Origin: Paraphysomonas bandaiensis
Taxonomy: Eukaryota; Protista; Chrysophyceae
Assembly: GCA_965644295.1 (NCBI GenBank)
Contig: CBFFRP010000054.1
Location: 22,831-86,830 of the forward strand
Length of the DNA stretch: 64,000 bases
Reading direction: 5' to 3'
The notes under the pieces were generated by a model. It did no database searches. It was not told where the DNA came from and was given only the letters and a program-made list of their open reading frames with translations. The stretch's first letter is position 1. Every line of letters begins with the position of its first letter. A program made the position numbers and the translations under genes. Positions 38,502 through 52,600 of this stretch are shown here, piece by piece.

Positions 38502-40782
38502 ATGATGATATTCTTCCCTTTATTTATTGTAATCATTGCAATGATCTTCTATATATATTCCAGTGTATTCCCTTCTCATGAGGACATCACATGCCATCAT
38601 ATGGATATCATTCCAGTTCAATCAAGTGATGATCTCACTAGATATGGTGAATGTTTTTTTCAAGATAGTTATGAAGATTCAAGAAAACAGTTTATTGAGT
38701 TATCTCAGGTGAGATGTGTATTATATGATATATATGTGGGTGTAATGAGATATGTAGAGATGTAATGCAAGTATGTTCGAGTTGCCAGTAACAGACAACT
38801 TGATCACTGATGTTTCTATCATTCACGGCTCGGAAGATAGCTATCTCATCCATATATCTGGCACACATGGTCAGTTCATGTAATGAATTTTAGATGCAAT
38901 GTTGATGTGCATCTCTGTATTGTGTGACGTTATTTTTTGTTATGAATTCATGCAGGGGTAGAAGGCTTTGCGGGAAGCGGAATTCAGGTGAGTTTCACAA
39001 TTACTTATGTTTATCATATGCACTGCAAAATACCAAGTGACAATTATTGATCTATGTTGCATCGTTTGGGTGCGTGTAAGTGTACTCAGTATATGTGCAG
39101 GCTGCAATGCTGTATATACTCTCGCAAAATCCAGCGAAGTACACTGGACCGACTTTGGTGTTTGTACATGCTCTAAATCCTTATGGATTTGCACACAAGA
39201 GGAGGTTTAACGAAGAGAACATTGACCTCAACAGGTATTATACAATTTGCTCAATGTCCAGACGTTTTAACAAAAATTGAATAGGAACTTTATGACTGAT
39301 GCTCAGTTTGAAGGTGTCAAAAAAAGAGATCCTGATTTTGCAGGATATATAAAACTTTCGGATTACTTCAACCCACCATTTAAACCTCATGACTTAAATG
39401 TCTTGAATTATATCCAGACGTCACTCAATTTGCTTGTGTCATGTGAGACGCTGTTGTTTGCCGCATAGGGTTCGCAATAATATAATATATAGATGTAAAG
39501 CACAGCCCAGCTTATGTTAAAGCGGCTCTCATTTCAGGGAACTATCACACTCCTAAAGGTGTGCAAGTATTATGTATTTTATTTGTTATTTCTCGTAGTT
39601 ACCGTTCTGTGATATTGCTTAGGCCTTTTCTTTGGAGGAGAGGGTCGAACGAAATCCATTGTAAATCTTTTAAGTTTCCTCTTTAACAACAGCGAAATAA
39701 CTGGGCTTAATTTTGATGGAATTAAGAAGATGGTCATGATCGACGTGCATACTGGCTTGGGGCCAATAGGTGAAGCAGAATCATTGGCAGATATGTGAAT
39801 GATTAGCACCTTTACTCCATGTGAAATTGGATTATCTCTTTGGAAGAATAATGTGGTATATTCAGGTGTGGACACTTTTTTGCCTCATCTGGGTGATTCG
39901 AACAGCGCCGAAGTAATCGAAGCAGTTTTTCCTACAGGTACGAATACGCACGTACACAGTTCATGCATTATTGCTTGAGTTCACATCTTCTTAGAATACG
40001 CTTCTGGCTCGTCGCGGACTGAGACAGGAGCCATTAAACCCTGGTTGTCAGGTATGATTGGGTTTCCTGTTCTAGATGCATTCATTCAGTAAATTATTCT
40101 TCATTGTTCCCTGTGACCTGACATGTTATCAGCTAATGCCAAGGCTGTGGATGCGGGTTATGAGTTCTCCACTGGATTCTCCACTGAGTACTTCGGGTAG
40201 GATTCATGATAACTTGTATACCGCGAACGTGTATCCGCTGTCGTCATATGTGGTACTGAGATAGATTAATATTTTTGCGGAAATTGCAGCACCGAAGTTC
40301 GGCCTGATCTGAACTCTTCTTCTCGAGTTAACATTGTGCAGGTTAGATATTAGCTGGTGTATGCGGTGTGCTATTTTGAATATATCATCTGCATGCATTT
40401 GTTCTTATATTCATTGTCACTGCAGGAGTTTGGAACTTATCCTGCGGTGCTTGTTGGAATGGTATTTATAGACTGGTATCTAGTAGTGTATGTGTCACAA
40501 GGAGGTTTTAGGGACTCGTGTTGGAGAATCAGGCCTTTCAATACGGAACGCTGGAGTGAGTCTGTTAGTCGTAGTTTTGTTTAGACGTAATCGTCTTCGT
40601 AGGCAGCGTGAGTTTTATGGCAATCGATTAAAGAATTTGTTCTACGTGAAAAACAAGAAATGGACACGCTCAGTGAGTCGGAGAGGAGTCACTGTTATCC
40701 AACAGGTGAGTAAAATAACTTATGGGGTTTTAAGTAATGTACTTTCCTCTTTGTGCAGGCGATGAGATTTTTGGAATCGTAA
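38502..40782 (+). CDS. DUF2817 / M14-like metallopeptidase with an N-terminal signal or anchor, many small exons
   Basis: SYEDSRKQF, IHISGTH|GVEGFAGSGIQ, VHALNPYGFAHKRRFNEENIDLN|RNF, IDVHTGLGP, Q|EFGT, LKNLFYV. Confidence 0.85.
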
Positions 40783-41307
40783 GCCTCATCGCATGTACGC
40801 CACGTAACATTTCTAACACGGCTGTTTCTGAAGTTTTTTTTCCTACCTAATACTTATGTTATGTATCAACTATAAAGCAGTTGTAATTTATATAAAATAT
40901 CTATACGTCACTTTAATTGTTTTTCATTGCGTTGTGCAATCACCAGGTACCAGAATTAGTATTCTACGAAAACAGGATAATATTTCAAATTATTTCACAG
41001 GACTCCTTTTTTCATTTTCACTACTGAAAATTACGAATAAAGTGTTCAGCATCCAGCACGCGCAGATAAGAAGTGTATGACAGCTAGAACGGAACGTAAT
41101 GTATACAGAGTGTATAGTGACCATAAAAAACTCAATGGAAAAAACATTGCGAATAAGTTAGATGACCATGAACGATACTGCTGCATTGTTTATACAATTT
41201 AATATATAATATATATCGAGCTGACTAGTTTTGGTCTTCCAACAAAACTGTCAAATTTGAACATGATAGATAGGGTCGTTGTGATGATGTAGTGATATAG
41301 CTATGCG

Positions 41308-41550
41308 TGTTGGAATACGTATGGGTCCCTAAGATATAACTGTAGAATATGTTAAACACAACGTTAAAACTTTAATACGTAGTCAAAATTACTTTATAGC
41401 TATAACTGTGAAACTGAAGTATCATGACGATTCAAGATACGGAAGTTAATTAGAGGTTGACATGAAAGAAGTAAAAAAATTCAAATGCTAATAATGAGAG
41501 ACAAGAAAGATGCCCCAATATCATTAGACGTTAGTAAGTCACATTCAACA
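41308..41550 (+). repeat. LTR-like dispersed repeat, copy 2 (TGTTGGAATA...TTCAACA)
   Basis: Homologous to 5809-5968; TG...CA termini; no matching TSD. Confidence 0.6.
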
Positions 41551-41761
41551 TCGGGTGATCTTTATAAGGTATTATGAGCGTTGACTATTGTGGACAGCCA
41601 CTCAATTACATTCGTCGCTCTTGTTCAACCTATATCTGGCAATGAACCCACACAACCCACCATAGAATAACTAGTTCACTTTGAATGGTTTCAAGTGACA
41701 ACGTACATAGTTAAGTTTAATCATCATTACTGTTAGCATCAAGCGACAAGAAGTTGCATAG

Positions 41762-43005
41762 CTAAGTTAGATCATATTCAGCAAAATCAATGTTGAAGTC
41801 AGCGGCCATAATCTCGAAGGCTTTCTGCCGCAAGGCAGCAGGTCCATCCATTGCCATGAACTGGAGATTACTATTACTAATATTATCTCTGTTGCTGTCA
41901 GTATAAGCGGTTGACAAAGAACCCTCGAAAGTAGGCGTTGCACTTGATCCGGTCTTGGATGAACGAGGTGTCTTGGATCCGGATTCATTCGTGTTTTCCT
42001 TCCAATTCCATTGCACGCTTCCTTTGCTTGTGACGTTCCCTGATAATCATTCCTAATGATTTGCCGCTACCAAGAGGTAATACACGTAAGTGTTACATGC
42101 TATCAACTATGACATTTTGATATAATAGTGCAGTGCCTGAATCCTTCTGGTACTGAGTTTGAACACACATCCCAAGATTCTCTAACCTCCCTCAACTGAA
42201 CAATGTGATCGCATAAACATATGGATCGCCGAAGTTTGATGCAAAGTTCATCCACTCTGCTGATGGTATTTCATTATCCTGCTGTCCATATTCATAATGT
42301 GTCTATAATATTCATGACTACATAGACAAAAATGGCTAAGAAAAAAATACCTTGGTAAGAATGGATATCATTTCTTTACTCGTTCTTTCAATCCAATCGG
42401 CATCTCGTAGAGCTCTATCAGGTTGACTCACATTTATACTGTACGCCTTCCAGAATACCTGCTCGTATCCTTTTACAGCCACATAGGGTTCCAGTAGGAC
42501 GCCGTTCTCGTATTTTATTGCTCGGTTAAAATACACATTTTCTGGGTTATTGAAGATCTGAGCCAGAGTGTCCAGAGGATTTTCTCTATTCGGATTGTCG
42601 AGATCTGTACGATCGAGAGGTGTCAAGTGAGCGTCCAATAAGCTTGGGCATCTGGGTATACCATTAAATGAAGCAGTCTATGAACATCTATATGTTAATT
42701 GCAATGGAATAGTTACTTAACATATGCACACACCTGCAACAGTCATGGTTTGTAGTATTGGCGGAACAATAAGCCCCCTCATAGGCCATTGCTGCCTGCT
42801 CATCTAATGCACGATTTTCTATAGCAGTGTGGACGGCTGGTGTGAGACTGTGATAGAAAGCAGTGCACTTGTTCTTCTTGTCCATTACTATCTGAGGATC
42901 ATATCGAGGAACTTGAACAGCATTTGCATCGAACCGTTCAGTTACTGTAGAGACGCCTTCTATATCTTCTGAATAGATATCGTTGTTTACATTCATATCA
43001 GACAT
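41762..43005 (-). CDS. Hypothetical protein, multi-exon
   Basis: ORFs 42688-43074, 42336-42638 and 41762-42016 are separated by GT-AG intron-like gaps; start uncertain, family not recognised. Confidence 0.65.
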
Positions 43006-43651
43006 GTTGCAGATATGTGATGTTATATACATAGATATCATGGATATATAGAGATATGCTGTACATGGTGCCATTGGATTCTTCTTCTTCAGTCATATGA
43101 GGAACCTCAAGGCTCTGACAAAATCAGCTTGAATGCTGTATTTATTTAGGTTTTATAAAAAGGGAGGCTTTTTGCTGTTTATAATTTAAAATACTGTTCT
43201 AAAAAATTAAAAGGTAGAATTTTAGAACTATTTCTAGCTGCCAAGGTGTGTTTTTTCAACACACTCCCTTTGAAAAAAGTACGAAGTTCTCTGAAGTATA
43301 CCATATATGTGAGGTGAATTTTTTGGAGGAGTCGAGTGTGTGATATACAGCAGTACCCAGTATATAGCCTATGGCGTATAGTGTATATTAGATATAAGCA
43401 TATATATTTGGGCTCCATCAATTTCTCTACGTATTTTATTGTAGGGGAATGAATTGCTAATAGCTTCTATATGACAGTTGTGGTTCATTCAATGAACTCC
43501 ATCTCATATAACACCCATATATCTCTACTTGTATATCTGTGTAGTGTCTAGATTAATTGTTATGTCGTATATGAATTGATTATCTCTAAAGTGTTGTTAA
43601 GAACGGACATCTGCTATATATACACGTATTTATCCTGTAAATTGTTTGAAG

Positions 43652-44525
43652 ATGTTACAGAAAGTGAATGCGACAGTTGTCAGTGTAGTATGTGGTATTC
43701 TTTTCCTTCTCATAGTATACCTGTGGTTTGAATCTCGTGAAGATGATGGTGAGGGGAACAAAGTGTTTAGTCCACAAAAGTTGGGTTTAGCATTGAAAAA
43801 TATGTTCGGTCTCTGTTTACCTGATGCAATTCTACTTTACTTTGCAAGAATATGTATATGTTGTGGATACGTTGGTAATTCATGCATGGAACATATACAT
43901 GCAGAAGAGGAAATTAGAGAAACTAAAAGAATGGCTCGTCTAGCAGCTACTTTAAGTCGAAAAGTGGAATCATCCAAGAAGAAGAAAAAAAAATCGAAGA
44001 GAAAAGAAGAGTCTGATTTCGAAGCTTTGCCAGATGAAGATGACATTGAGATTGGAGGTGATGACAGTGATGACCACCACTTAGAGGCACACATGTAAGT
44101 TCTTGATGTGCAGTGTATCATATTTGTAACATCTTATGTCTGTGCTGTGTAACGTTGCACTGTCCAGAATCCCTCGTCAGATAACAGCAAGAGGTCAACA
44201 TGACGATGAAGATGATCCCTCTCCAAAGCTGAGGACAAGAAATATTTCCAAAAAGGATGCCAGTATGGAGCGACCTCGGGAGAAATACAAGGTTCAAACT
44301 GATTACGTGCAATCCGCGTCACAGTGGAATTTTGAAGACTCAACCACACCCGGAGAAAAAGTTGATGATAATCGCCTGAGTCTGTCACAACATTCTGATA
44401 GTAGCGCTAGTAGTGGAAGTAGTTTATTTAACAATACGTTGGTGCCGAAACATGTGATTGAGGCGCATATAGCTGTTGAAGATCAGTTACTGGCCCATCA
44501 AACGAAAGCTTCCAGTTATTACTAA
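43652..44525 (+). CDS. Hypothetical membrane protein; exons 43652-44095, 44168-44525
   Basis: Intron AT|gtaagt...ctgtccag|A joins the two ORFs in frame; N-terminal TM helix, poly-Lys and acidic tracts. Confidence 0.7.
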
Positions 44526-45334
44526 TATTTTGTATTATTGGTTGAGTTTTGTTGTGAATAGAGGTCTTTATTTTTGTTATAATAAGTCACTCCTTTTGAA
44601 TTATTGAGAATTTATGTCTGATGAGAGTGCTACTTTTGCTGAATGATGCCACGAAGTTTGAGTAGTTGTGCACAGCCGCACGAATTCCAACAATACTGGT
44701 AGCAAAAATTATGGAATTGGAAAAGTGTGGGTCCTGATAGTAAATTGTTGCTAATTTCAATGCTAAATTTACAATATTCAAATATAAGTATTGAATTGCA
44801 ATATCCTATGATAAGCATTGCAATTTATGACTTATGATTTTATTGATACACTTAATTGGCCAATAAATTTCCTTCTATTCTTTTTGCTTTTTTGAATAGC
44901 TTGCGAAACATCAACATTCCAAAAAGTCATTTGCTTGCAAAATATAAGTCATAACAAATCTAGATCCGTTATACGACCTCTCATAAAATCTGTGTACATT
45001 CCAGTCACACATTCGTGATATAGCGATATAGCGACAAAAGAGATACAAACACTTAACATCATTCACCATTCACACAATCACCATATTGGCAAAAGAAACA
45101 GTCAAAACTAGTATATGGAAATTTAGCTCACAAATATCAAGAATGACATATTCATGTACTGCTTACTGTTTAACCATAGCCTAATTGAAAACCAAGACCC
45201 TCAAAATATGATGATTAAAGAATACGGAATATAAAAATCACTCTATTTGTAACGTATATAACTGCATCATTCAGAAAAAATAGCTACTAGAGTGTAATAT
45301 CTTTCACTGATAGTAAATACTGTAAAATTATAAA

Positions 45335-46369
45335 TCAGTACAAGAAAATAACAAGAGAAGCCGCCATGACGACCATACCAAGGAGAGTGAAATGACTGAC
45401 GTATTTATCCTGTGGGTCGTACTTGTGTGCAGTTGGGAGGAGTTGATATATGCATATGTTGACCATCATACCAGAAACAGCACCAAAAAGAATAGCATAA
45501 ACAAGGTCTCCAAACATTGTGCTGAGCACTATCCACCCGAGCCCAGCAGCAATAACCTCAGATAAACCGGATACACAAGCCCATAGGAAGGCTCGATGGC
45601 GATCACCGGTTGCAAAATATATAGGAATAGCGACACATAAACCTTCTGGAATATTGTGAATCGCGATTGCCACAGCTAGTGCTAGCCCAACCGCCGGATC
45701 TGCAAGGGTAGCTACAAATGTCGCAAGGCCTTCCGGGAAGTTGTGCAATCCTATGGCAAGGGCAGTAACCAGACCCATTCGGTGTAGTTTTCCATCAATG
45801 ACTTTCTTCTTGTTCTCTAGAGTTACACTTCCAGTCTCTGATGACTTAGGCTGTGAAGAACAATCATCAGACAAAACTGCCTTATCAACTGCAAGCTCAA
45901 GAGAGTTCAGCTGGTCCAAATCATTATAATTAGCGCTGTGAGTCGTATCATCATTTACGGCTTGATTTCGACACTTCGTTGCGTCGACATTGTTTGCATT
46001 CATGGCAACATCGGCTAATATATCAAAATCAATTTCACTGTGGCCCATGTCATCAGGATCCAATGTATGTACAATCTTGTTCAGTACATTCATCAATACA
46101 AATCCGAAGAAGAAGCATAACGTAGTATACAAATAGGCATCCGACTCTGAGAACCCATCGTCTTCAAACGCCCCAAGAGATTTAGAAAATATTTCAATAA
46201 AAGAGACATAAAGCATAACCCCAGAAGATATTCCTAATGCTGCACCCAATGTAATTTTATTGGCCAGTTTGATATAAGTGGGGTGATAAACAACAGCAGC
46301 GCCTAAACATGTCGATGACCCCGCTCCACATACCAAAACAAATGCAAGTGCAGTATCACTTAGTGTCAT
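45335..46369 (-). CDS. ZIP family zinc transporter (ZupT/GufA-like), intronless
   Basis: GVMLYVSFIEIF, TALAIGLHNFPEGLATF, AIAIHNIPEG, SGLSE, GMMVNI..QLLP. Confidence 0.95.
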   Translation of the reverse strand: MTLSDTALAFVLVCGAGSSTCLGAAVVYHPTYIKLANKITLGAALGISSGVMLYVSFIEIFSKSLGAFEDDGFSESDAYLYTTLCFFFGFVLMNVLNKIVHTLDPDDMGHSEIDFDILADVAMNANNVDATKCRNQAVNDDTTHSANYNDLDQLNSLELAVDKAVLSDDCSSQPKSSETGSVTLENKKKVIDGKLHRMGLVTALAIGLHNFPEGLATFVATLADPAVGLALAVAIAIHNIPEGLCVAIPIYFATGDRHRAFLWACVSGLSEVIAAGLGWIVLSTMFGDLVYAILFGAVSGMMVNICIYQLLPTAHKYDPQDKYVSHFTLLGMVVMAASLVIFLY

Positions 46370-47694
46370 CTTAGTCAATATGATTGCAATTCTAAATGAA
46401 ATTTGTTCAGTAATTGACACTAGTATCTCATATATCCTTGCAGCGTTTTTGAATATGATTTTGTGGCCCACCACACATCATACTGATGAATAGCACCCAG
46501 CGCCATATATATAGTAGGATATGTCCATTCAAGATTTTTGAATTTTCTAGAAAAATGAGGGATTTTTGTTGAGAGAAACAAGCAGAACACCGTATTGACA
46601 GTCAGCATCATATTTTTCGGAAATAAATTGATGCAAAAATCCTTCATATTACTGCAATATATTTACGGCTGGAATACAGATAATTATTGTCTCAAAATTA
46701 GAGGTTTATATCATATATACGACAGAACACATACATATATATAGACTGGACAGTCAATGTACACTAGCTAACAGTAACAGTATATTGTCAAGAAGCGTAC
46801 TAGATTTCGTTCACGACAACTATGTGGGATCTGTGGTGGTGTGTTGACCGTAGTAAAAGTATCGGGCCTGTAGATCCTTATTCTAGGAAAACTTGCGTCG
46901 TTAATTGCAGTAAAACGAGCAGAGTAGTTACCTTTATGCTGAGTCTTGTATAAATATGGATACATATACATGTAGATCTCGATGTCCCATTCAATACTTC
47001 GACACAGTATCATGTGATCAGACTGTAGACATCTTTATTAAACCATTCAGTAGTGATATACACAAGAAGTATCGAGAAAAGTGTCTAGATGAAAGTAACT
47101 GCAGATCAAACCATTAAATGCGAATTGATTGTCGGAGTAATACGTCATATATGTCCACCGTTTTGTTCTGTTAGGTTTATTGATGGATGCGTATTTGTCA
47201 GTACTTTCTCGTGATGTGAAGATTCTATCTACTATCTACAGCTTTTGATTGTGAGGGAATATTGAGTTTTGTAAACAATTGAAAAACTGTGTTTTTATAG
47301 GTTTTGAATTGTGATGGTAATTTGAAGAGTACACTTTAGTTAAACAATCCTAACGTGTCAAATATTGATACAGTATTTTTATAATCGCAATTGCTTCAAC
47401 GGTTACGACATACAACAGCAGTACGATACTATATCAACATGATATTTTCAAGTTTACTCTCTATACTGGTTATCATATTTCTGTCTATGCTTGTATACTG
47501 TGTATTCTGTATACAACTGATGTCTCCGTGATTATTTATGGCACATTATTTACTTTATCATCATTACTATCGTCGATAGCAGCTATATCATAAATTGCAT
47601 AGCACGCTAAAGAACAATAATTACTCCATAATCCACTGCAGCAAGCACTTTGAACTGTTTACTACTTTGAATCCGGTTTTATTTCAAGGAGGAT

Positions 47695-49172
47695 CTAAGG
47701 ATGCGCCTGAATATACTGGCCCATAGCTACAACAGCTGCAAAGATCTCCTCTCCAGAGGGGATAATTTCCTCAGGGGGAAGCAGGAACCCAAATTCTCCA
47801 GTATCACGTAACTCCACACCGTACGAATACTTGACGCCACAAACTCCGTAAGTGTAATCCGCGGAAGAACCAGAGGCTGGGTATATTGTGGTCGCAATGG
47901 GGCCATACTCATAAGTCTTGCCGTGAACGGATTTGATTGCTGCAACAGCTGCAGCGGAGAGACCATTCTACATGTAGATGCGAATACATATAAGAACATC
48001 GGCAGGCTTGAAGGGAATAATTCAGAAACATAGTTTGTACCTGATCTGCGTAGTCCGGTGGCAGCTGATCGGTGTAACCCCAGTTAGACATCCACAGCTG
48101 CGAGTAGGAGTGGAAGTTTATGTAGCCAACGATTGACTTGTGGTCACATATGTAGGACTGAACGATCTGTACCTCCACCTCTGACGCAGCAGACGGGCCT
48201 TGGTAGGAATCGGAGCAAGAAATAGGGCTAGTGCCAGCCTCGCCCCAGTGAAAGTCCCAATTCCTGTTAGGGTCCACACCAACGCACTTGTTGCTGTCAC
48301 AAAGTTACACACTAACAACATACAAACAATAAATAAACTAACTTTCCGTTAACACTTCGAGTCTTGCGCCACATACGATCCTCCGCCCATGTGTACTCGT
48401 AGCCATCAACATTAATAATTGGGCACACGATCACGTCATATGTATCTAAAAGATAGGTTGAATTCGAACCGTCCGGCTTGCCGTAGCCTCTCAACAGCGT
48501 GTCCGCAATATATGTCACTGTCGGGACAGCAATCCACTCTCTAATACCATACAAATACATCTCGTCACTAACAATCACCTATCAATTTAGTAACGTTTAT
48601 CACCTGGCGTGGATGCCAGCATCGAACCACAGGGTAGGTTTATTAGCCGAAGGATCCGTGGAGAGAGTTATGATCTTAATGTCTCTACCCTCGTAGGTCT
48701 GACCGATAGTTGAAACCGAAGAAAACTGAGGAAACTCTTTGGCCTATTAATCAAAATTACAAATCCTATTATTCGCAGCATGATTAAGCAGTACCAGGGA
48801 GTCAATGTAGTCATAGACTTCTTCCCAAGTGTGATAGCTCTCAAAATAAGAAACATCTGAGCGAGATGCAAGTTTCTTTTCCTTGTCGATTAAGCTTTGT
48901 ACGTCCTGGATCATAACTCTGCATTCGACACCGAGGTTATCAAGAGTTTGGGTCACTTCTCTTTTATTCATAGGAGTTACGAATATATCGACTGGACCTC
49001 CAATTCGTCTAGGTTCCATCCAAAAATCCCAATCCGATTTTTCGCTGAGGTCATGCAACTTATCAAGTTGTTCAGTGGTGGTAGGATTACATCGAAGGAC
49101 CTGATGGCTGGTATAGGCCTTCGCAGCAAGGGACACTGTCACAAGTGACCCAAGAACAGATAAAAAAAGCAT
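47695..49172 (-). CDS. Secreted zinc carboxypeptidase A/B (M14A) with propeptide, multi-exon
   Basis: Signal peptide, propeptide (DFWMEP), DAGIHA|REWI, NVDGYEYTW, RMWRKTRS, GVDPNRNW, INFHSYSQ, ELRDTG. Confidence 0.95.
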
Positions 49173-49689
49173 TAGATATTAATAAAAGTGTAAATCACTC
49201 AGTCTACAATATAATTTTGTGTCAGAGTATGAGCTGAATGTGATAATTAATTAATGCAATCAACCCATATATTATTGTATACTATTGTGCAGTATTGGTG
49301 GGATGCGGTGTGTTGCGTACGAAGAGGGTGATGATGTGGTGGATTTCTACTGGCGGTTCGCACATCAGTATGATATGGTATACTGTGCAATAATATCCTA
49401 CAAAAACCAAACTGAAAAGATGGATTTTCAGTACAGCAGAGTGGAGTACATGATACAGTACTGCTGTATACCTATATCTATATACAAATAGCAGTACAAC
49501 AGTACATACATGGAGTGCAGCAGTACAGCAGTACAGCAGTACATGGAGTCGATAGTTGTATACACGCTCTATATCTTATCAAACAACCACAACATACACG
49601 TCTGTCTGACTCGCTTAACAGCTTCACCATATCCATATCTCTAATACTCCTTTCAGTTATAGAGAAACATTCTTTCAATTAATCTAATA

Positions 49690-52600
49690 ATGGAAGTATT
49701 GGAAGGATCTCTATGGAAGCAAAAGAAAACTATGACAGGTTTTAAATGGAAGAAACGGTGGGTTCGATCAGATGGTTTTGTTTTAATTCAATGGCATGTA
49801 AGTAACTTAATAATTCAATATATATTATTATAATGAATTGTATTATATAGTCTGATATTAAACCACATGAGAAAGTTAAACCCAAACATATTTATCGTTT
49901 AGCAAATTGTACAATTCGTGAAATTAAAACAAATCGACCATATGCTTTTAGTGTGACTGATAATGATACTGGAGATACAATTATATTTGCTGCCACTAAA
50001 GTAACTGAGTATGACTCATGGCTGAGCATACTCTCGCAAGATCCGTATATAGAGGACGACGAAAATCTTGATGAGTCTGATCATATGTCCACAGAAAAGA
50101 TTACTGATATCGTGCTGGAGTTTTTTGATACCCATAATATAAGCAAAGTGCGTTGATGGATGGCGTTGTATGGTTTTGTGCTGACGGGTTTTCGTTCAGA
50201 GTCTGTATATTCGTGAGATTGATGCTTCCATTTTTCCTAGACTTTTGCATACTATTAACGTGCAAATGGCTGAACCTGAGGCACTTCGTGTAGCCCACGC
50301 ATTGCAAACTTCAACAGGTGGGCTGATACTGTTATTGGGCTGTTGTGATGAAATTCTGTGTAGGTTCTATTGTGTATACAGAATTCATGAAATGGCTACA
50401 GCAGCAGATGGATCATGGGGAGCTGTCAGGCGTAGAAGATGATGACTGGGAGGAGAAAGAAGGTAGAGGAGATAGCGATGCGGAGAAAGGCTCTCTCTCT
50501 AGCGCTGACTCAAGGGGGGCCACAGGGGGTCGAAGGAGACCCAAGAAACGAGAATTTGGAAAGGATGAAGTGCTGAGATTCAATAGCAACGGGTGGGCAC
50601 CGCATGCGTTGTGACATCAGCTTATCTGCAATTCTCTCTTACACTGTTGTTTCCCTCGCATGCAGGTCCGCCTGGCGTAATATCCCCGAGCCCGCGCTAC
50701 TGGCAGGGGTATTGGACGTACGTAGGGTGGATGTCAGCCGCACTGCTGCTGATGTGGCATCTCTTCGAAACATGACCCCTTCCGTGGTAGAGTCAGCACA
50801 GCATTTGAACGATGAGGATGAGGGTGAGGGAGTAGATAAAAACGACTGGAATAGGAGATACCAGGAGTTGTGCGAAGAGGTGGGGCGCATTCCCCTAAAC
50901 AACCAGCTGCCTGAGCACTTTCATTCCTTATATTCTCTTTGTGCTTTACAAGGGTCATTCCTCAATTCCGCTGCTTCCGGTAAGTTTACATTGCTCCTGC
51001 ATTTTGCATTGGTGACCCTGTGTTCTTCCATGTCTAGGTGCACAAGCTATAGTTGACAGCTACTCCCTTCCTAATGCTCTCAAGCCGGGGCAGTTGCTTG
51101 AAATAGGTAGCAGTAGGCCCGATACTGAAAGAAACGAGGACGTCTTCCTTATCGATGGCCTCATCTACCGCCTGCTGGGCGCAAATTGTACGGATCGGGA
51201 TCGCGAGCCATCGGAATCCCGGGCAAAGTTTTTAGCCTGCTCTGATGATATCGTGCGTAAGATAACTGGCAATGAAGTACGCGGGTTATTTGCAGTTCAA
51301 ATTGCCACGTGCACATTCGGGAACACTTCTGTGAACACTAGAAACCTGGACGTTACTCGCCCGTCGATTTTGCTTACTACCTTGGTGGATTATTGTGGGT
51401 TTAGAGTACAGGTTTTTGCCCCAGTTGCCATTGATGAGACATCCACACTTGTATATGGGTTTGCTTCTGCAGAAAATCTTTTTGTGAACGCCAACCCGGT
51501 GCTGCAAAGTATTCTTCCAGTACTCGCTAAAGAGATGAATCTTGGCACAACTACGAAACAAATTTTTACAAGCCCTGTTACACTCAACCAGTTTCAGGCC
51601 CAAGATATGAAAAAGACGGCATGCGAATATATCAGTCGCGACCTACAGCTGCACGTTGCATCCGACAATAGGGTGTATTTATTGAACTTTTCCGGCCTTT
51701 TCCCGCCAGATCTCCCACGACCAGATTCGAACGATGTACTCACAAGGAGTTTGCGACCGGAGTTCGTGGCGGAATACTCAGAGGGACCTATTGCTTGTGA
51801 GGCAGTACGCTACGACCTCGATAGTCAGGCTACCAATGACGTGGTGTCTGAGGCAGGGGACTCACAGGATGAAGGGGTAAATGCCAGTAGGTCAGTGCGA
51901 CCAACAGTGTTGCTGAAGCCCATGCAGCCGGTGGTGCATTGGATACGAGCGGCGTCCTCTTTGAGGGAAGAACTAATACCGGATATTGTAATGAAACTGG
52001 ATTTGATAAGTACCTTGCCTACTGACTCCTATGGTCTTACAGAATTCCTACACGCCCACGGGGTAAATATGAGGTAAATACAATAACTAACTACGCTAAA
52101 TAACTGAAGCCCTTGCTCATTCCATTAGATACCTAGGTGATATATACACCCGAAGTCGTATGCCTCATGTCAAGGAGATTGTGTTGTGCGAAGCTATCAG
52201 TCGTTCCTGTAAAGTCGTTTTGAACCATGCCCTGGGGCGACTTGCACGACGTGGGCGCGGCCAAACATTGGTCGCAGAACAGCGGAAGAGAAGTAGAGCC
52301 GAGAACTATATAGAGCACCAGGGCACAGTTTTAAAGAACAAAATAGACACAGTTGTAGATATGTTTAATGTCGTATTCGGATACGGTGAAGTTACGGATG
52401 ACTTTTGGCAGAGTAAGAAAAGGTCTCCTTTTATTATGATTTTTATTTTTTCTTTGTGTTTTAGATGTGCTTCCGGCAGTGGTGTACGATAAATTTCAAT
52501 TAGAGATGCCGAAAGTTGATGATAGGAATGTTCTTGTACACATGCCGCAGCTCTTTCAAGCTATGCAGTACCACACTGGGTGTGTATTTCGAACGGAAAA

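Noticed and set aside
44826-44954. Short inverted repeat TTATGACTTAT/ATAAGTCATAA, possible MITE
   Set aside because: AT-rich, single copy in the window; insufficient support.
46780-46873. Peptide RQLCGICGGVL resembling a zinc-ribbon end
   Set aside because: No upstream exon or start could be assembled.
38502-49172. Zinc cluster (two M14-type peptidases + ZIP transporter)
   Set aside because: Different subfamilies with unrelated genes interspersed; no evidence beyond proximity.
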